Shown piece by piece: positions 61,519-64,000 of a stretch of DNA of 64,000 nucleotides; the stretch's first letter is position 1, and each line of letters begins with the position of its first letter. The position numbers and the translations under genes were made by a program. The DNA comes from Macrostomum lignano (taxonomy: Eukaryota): NCBI GenBank assembly GCA_002269645.1, contig NIVC01000521.1:124001-188000 (forward strand). The letters are read 5' to 3'. The notes beneath the pieces were generated by a model, which worked only from the letters and a program-made list of their open reading frames with translations, did not search any database and had not been told where the DNA came from.

Positions 61519-62513
61519 AGTGAGAAAGGAGAACAGAAAAAAGATAAAAGAAGAGAAAGGAATGATGAGAGAGCAAAGACGAGAGAAAAAAGAGGTGAGG
61601 GAAGAGACGAGAGAAGAGGGGAGAGATGAGAGAGTAGAGGAGAGAGGAGAGAGTAGAGGAGAGGGGAGAGGAGAGAGAAAACGAAAAAGTAGAGAGGAGA
61701 AAGGAGAGGAGAGAGAAACGAAGAGACAAGAGATGAGATAAGAGAGATGAAAGAGAAGAGAGATGAGAGAGTAGGGGAGAGAGTTAAGAGAAGAGAGAAA
61801 AGAATAGAAAGGAGAAGGAAGATAAGAGAGAAGAGGGGGTAAGAGGAGAGAGGAGAGGGTGAGAGAGGAGAGAGGAGAGGAGAGAGAGAAGAAGAGACAA
61901 GAGATGAGATAAGAGAGATGAAAGAGAAGAGAGATGAGGGAAGATACGAGAGAAGAGGGGAGAGATGAGAGAGTAGGGGAGAGAGTTAAGAGAAGAGAGT
62001 TAAGAGAAGAGAGAAAAGAATAGAAAGGAGAAGGAAGATAAGAGAGAAGAGGGGGTGAGAGGAGAGAGGAAAGGAGAGAGAAAAGAAGAGACAAGAGATG
62101 AGATAAGAGAGATGAAAGAGAAGAGAGATGACGGAAGATACGAGAGAAGAGGGGAGAGAGGAGAGAGGAGAGACGAGGGATGAAAGAGATGAGAGGAAAC
62201 AAAGAGAAGATAGAAATTTTAAAGGATCCAAGGGACGTAGGGAGAGTCAAGGGAGAGACCAGAGTTTAGCAATATATGTTTTAGAGTCAGACAGACATTG
62301 CCTGACATTCTGCGCGGTACCCCAGCCAACAATATCAATGTTTGCCTCAAATTCTAATTTTACACGAATGTGCTCCATTTTATGTCTACCTCTATCCTAC
62401 TAACTATTAACAAGTTTTTGTTTGTGTATGGCCTTAGATTTCAGAATACATGCAAAAGTAGTTCTGGGGATTGGAATTCCCCGGGTTCAAAATCCGCGGG
62501 TTTCAACAGCTTG
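59132..62513 (+). mobile_element. Candidate second non-autonomous Helitron-like element carrying an AG-rich array
   Basis: A|TC start followed by (TGTG/TCTG)n and a CTCAACC motif, like the family at 10149. Candidate 3' end: imperfect hairpin CCCGGG...CCGCGGG followed by CTTG|T. The 3' end is uncertain. Confidence 0.4.
60370..62200. repeat. Purine-rich (AG/GAGAG) low-complexity array with internal block duplications
   Basis: About 1.8 kb almost devoid of C on the plus strand; explains the Leu/Ser-rich pseudo-ORFs. Confidence 0.92.
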
Positions 62514-62770
62514 TATTTTAGTAAAGAGGACTATCTTTTTAAGAGATTGCTTTGCTAAACATCAGCCAAGAATATGTTACTTTTAACTAATAGCTGAACT
62601 AGCCATTCTATTATCTAGAAAATTATTGATGGCAACTTGCTACCTATACAATAGTGCAATTAAACAATTTCAAGCTTTAGCATAGATGTAATTTGCCACA
62701 CATGCATGCTATATACATTGGCAATGAGTATATAAAATATTAAGTATAATATTTTTACAAAAGTTGTGCA

Positions 62771-62803
<33 letters not shown>

Positions 62804-63395
62804 ATTATTATTATTATTTGCAATTATTATTGCAAAGTGAGTCAATTATAGGTAATAAACATAGGCGAGTGGCACCAAAGAAACTATAACAAATAACTAA
62901 TAGTAATTATATTTGAATATTGTAAGTCTATTAGATAAAATAAATACCTTATAATGTTATAAATAGTTTATTTGATTATTATATGAAGTATAATATTTTA
63001 GTTTTTAGTATAAAGTTTAAATATGAGTACTAATAAAATATTCTATTTGTGTTATACTTAGTAAATATAACTAATTTTAATAGAAAAGATAAACTAAATG
63101 TTAAATATTAGCTATACTTAAAGGTTGAAATAAGAAATGTATATAAGTAGGCATATAGGATTTAATTAAATAGCTAAAGTTACTGCTTGGTATGAAAGAT
63201 ATCTAGTCACCAAATTGAACTTTAATAATAATTATTAAATGTGTTTAATTCAAGTTATATATAATAATATTAAACTTCAAATTTCCATTCTGATTTAATA
63301 TTTTATTTTTACAGCATTAATCAATTGAAATCTCATTGGCTTCAACAGCTTGTTTATTCAATATTAAAAATAGCCTTTAAAAATTAAGTTTCATC

Positions 63396-63505
63396 ATGGC
63401 ATGTGATGTTGCAACTGCCCCAGGCAATCCAGTGTTCTCTCCATTAACTTTGTTTGAGTGCACTGTGACTAATGCTCAGATGCTTGTTGAATCTATGGCT
63501 GACAG
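63396..63505 (+). CDS. Candidate first coding exon of an unidentified gene extending beyond the window (MACDVATAPGNPVFSPLTLFECTVTNAQMLVESMADR)
   Basis: TTTTTACAG acceptor at 63314, ATGG start at 63396, open frame to a strong CAG|GTGAGT donor; locally higher GC. No recognisable domain. Confidence 0.4.
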
Positions 63506-64000
63506 GTGAGTAGTGTCTTTATTTGTTCAATCTGTGGAAGTGTATTGGCATTATTGACATGCTGGGTTTTTTCATCAGAATTGTGGTAGAATTTGGCATT
63601 CTAAAGCAGCAATGCCTAAAATCTTGATACAGAATTGAAACTTGGACCGATTAGGATTACAATATTAATAACAAGATTCTGCAATAGGAATCATGGTTAA
63701 GCTTTTTGTTTAACAATACAGCCGCCAATGGAACTTATTGCATCCAAGATGTTACAGATACAAGACTTAGTATTTTAGTAATAGTAATCTAGATGAAGCG
63801 CGCCATGTTTGACCTTATAAAGAACTAGGAAAAACTAACGCTAAATTAACATTACAGGTAGACAGCCACATGAACAGTAGATAAGCAATGACAAAAACAG
63901 CACAATAACCATCTAAGCTACTTTGCTAGCTAGTCTTGTAATACACTAAGACTACAAACTGACGAACACTAAGGCTGGTGGACAGACAGACAGACAGACA

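Noticed and set aside
60333-62250. Leu/Ser-rich 200-450 aa ORFs
   Set aside because: Translation of AG/CT low-complexity DNA.

Overview
Eukaryotic (metazoan) genomic DNA: GC-rich exons with poly-Ala/poly-Gln tracts, GT-AG introns packed with minisatellites, and AT-rich repeat deserts. The style suggests a free-living flatworm such as Macrostomum, which is an inference I cannot confirm here. Plus strand: an intronless ZC3H10 homolog (2904-4226), a six-exon PTEN homolog (8538-25290, about 453 aa), a tRNA-Ser(GCT) gene (28869-28950), and a possible first coding exon at the right edge. Minus strand: five co-directional genes between 30.0 and 50.4 kb, in transcription order TSR2, mitochondrial seryl-tRNA synthetase, MED6, a roughly 629-aa protein with a C-terminal Rieske [2Fe-2S] domain, and NUP54. 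Most genes have a 3' splice-acceptor-like site about 20-55 nt upstream of the ATG. The SerRS has no in-frame ATG in its first exon and lacks about 50 aa of its tRNA-binding helical arm. Together these suggest spliced-leader trans-splicing, possibly an operon, with the leader-terminal AUG acting as start codon. PTEN intron 1 carries a head-to-tail dimer of a non-autonomous Helitron inserted at an A|T site inside a 23-bp satellite. The region 50.5-59 kb is a CpG-depleted field of MITEs. Almost all long ORFs in the supplied track that overlap tandem arrays are artefacts.
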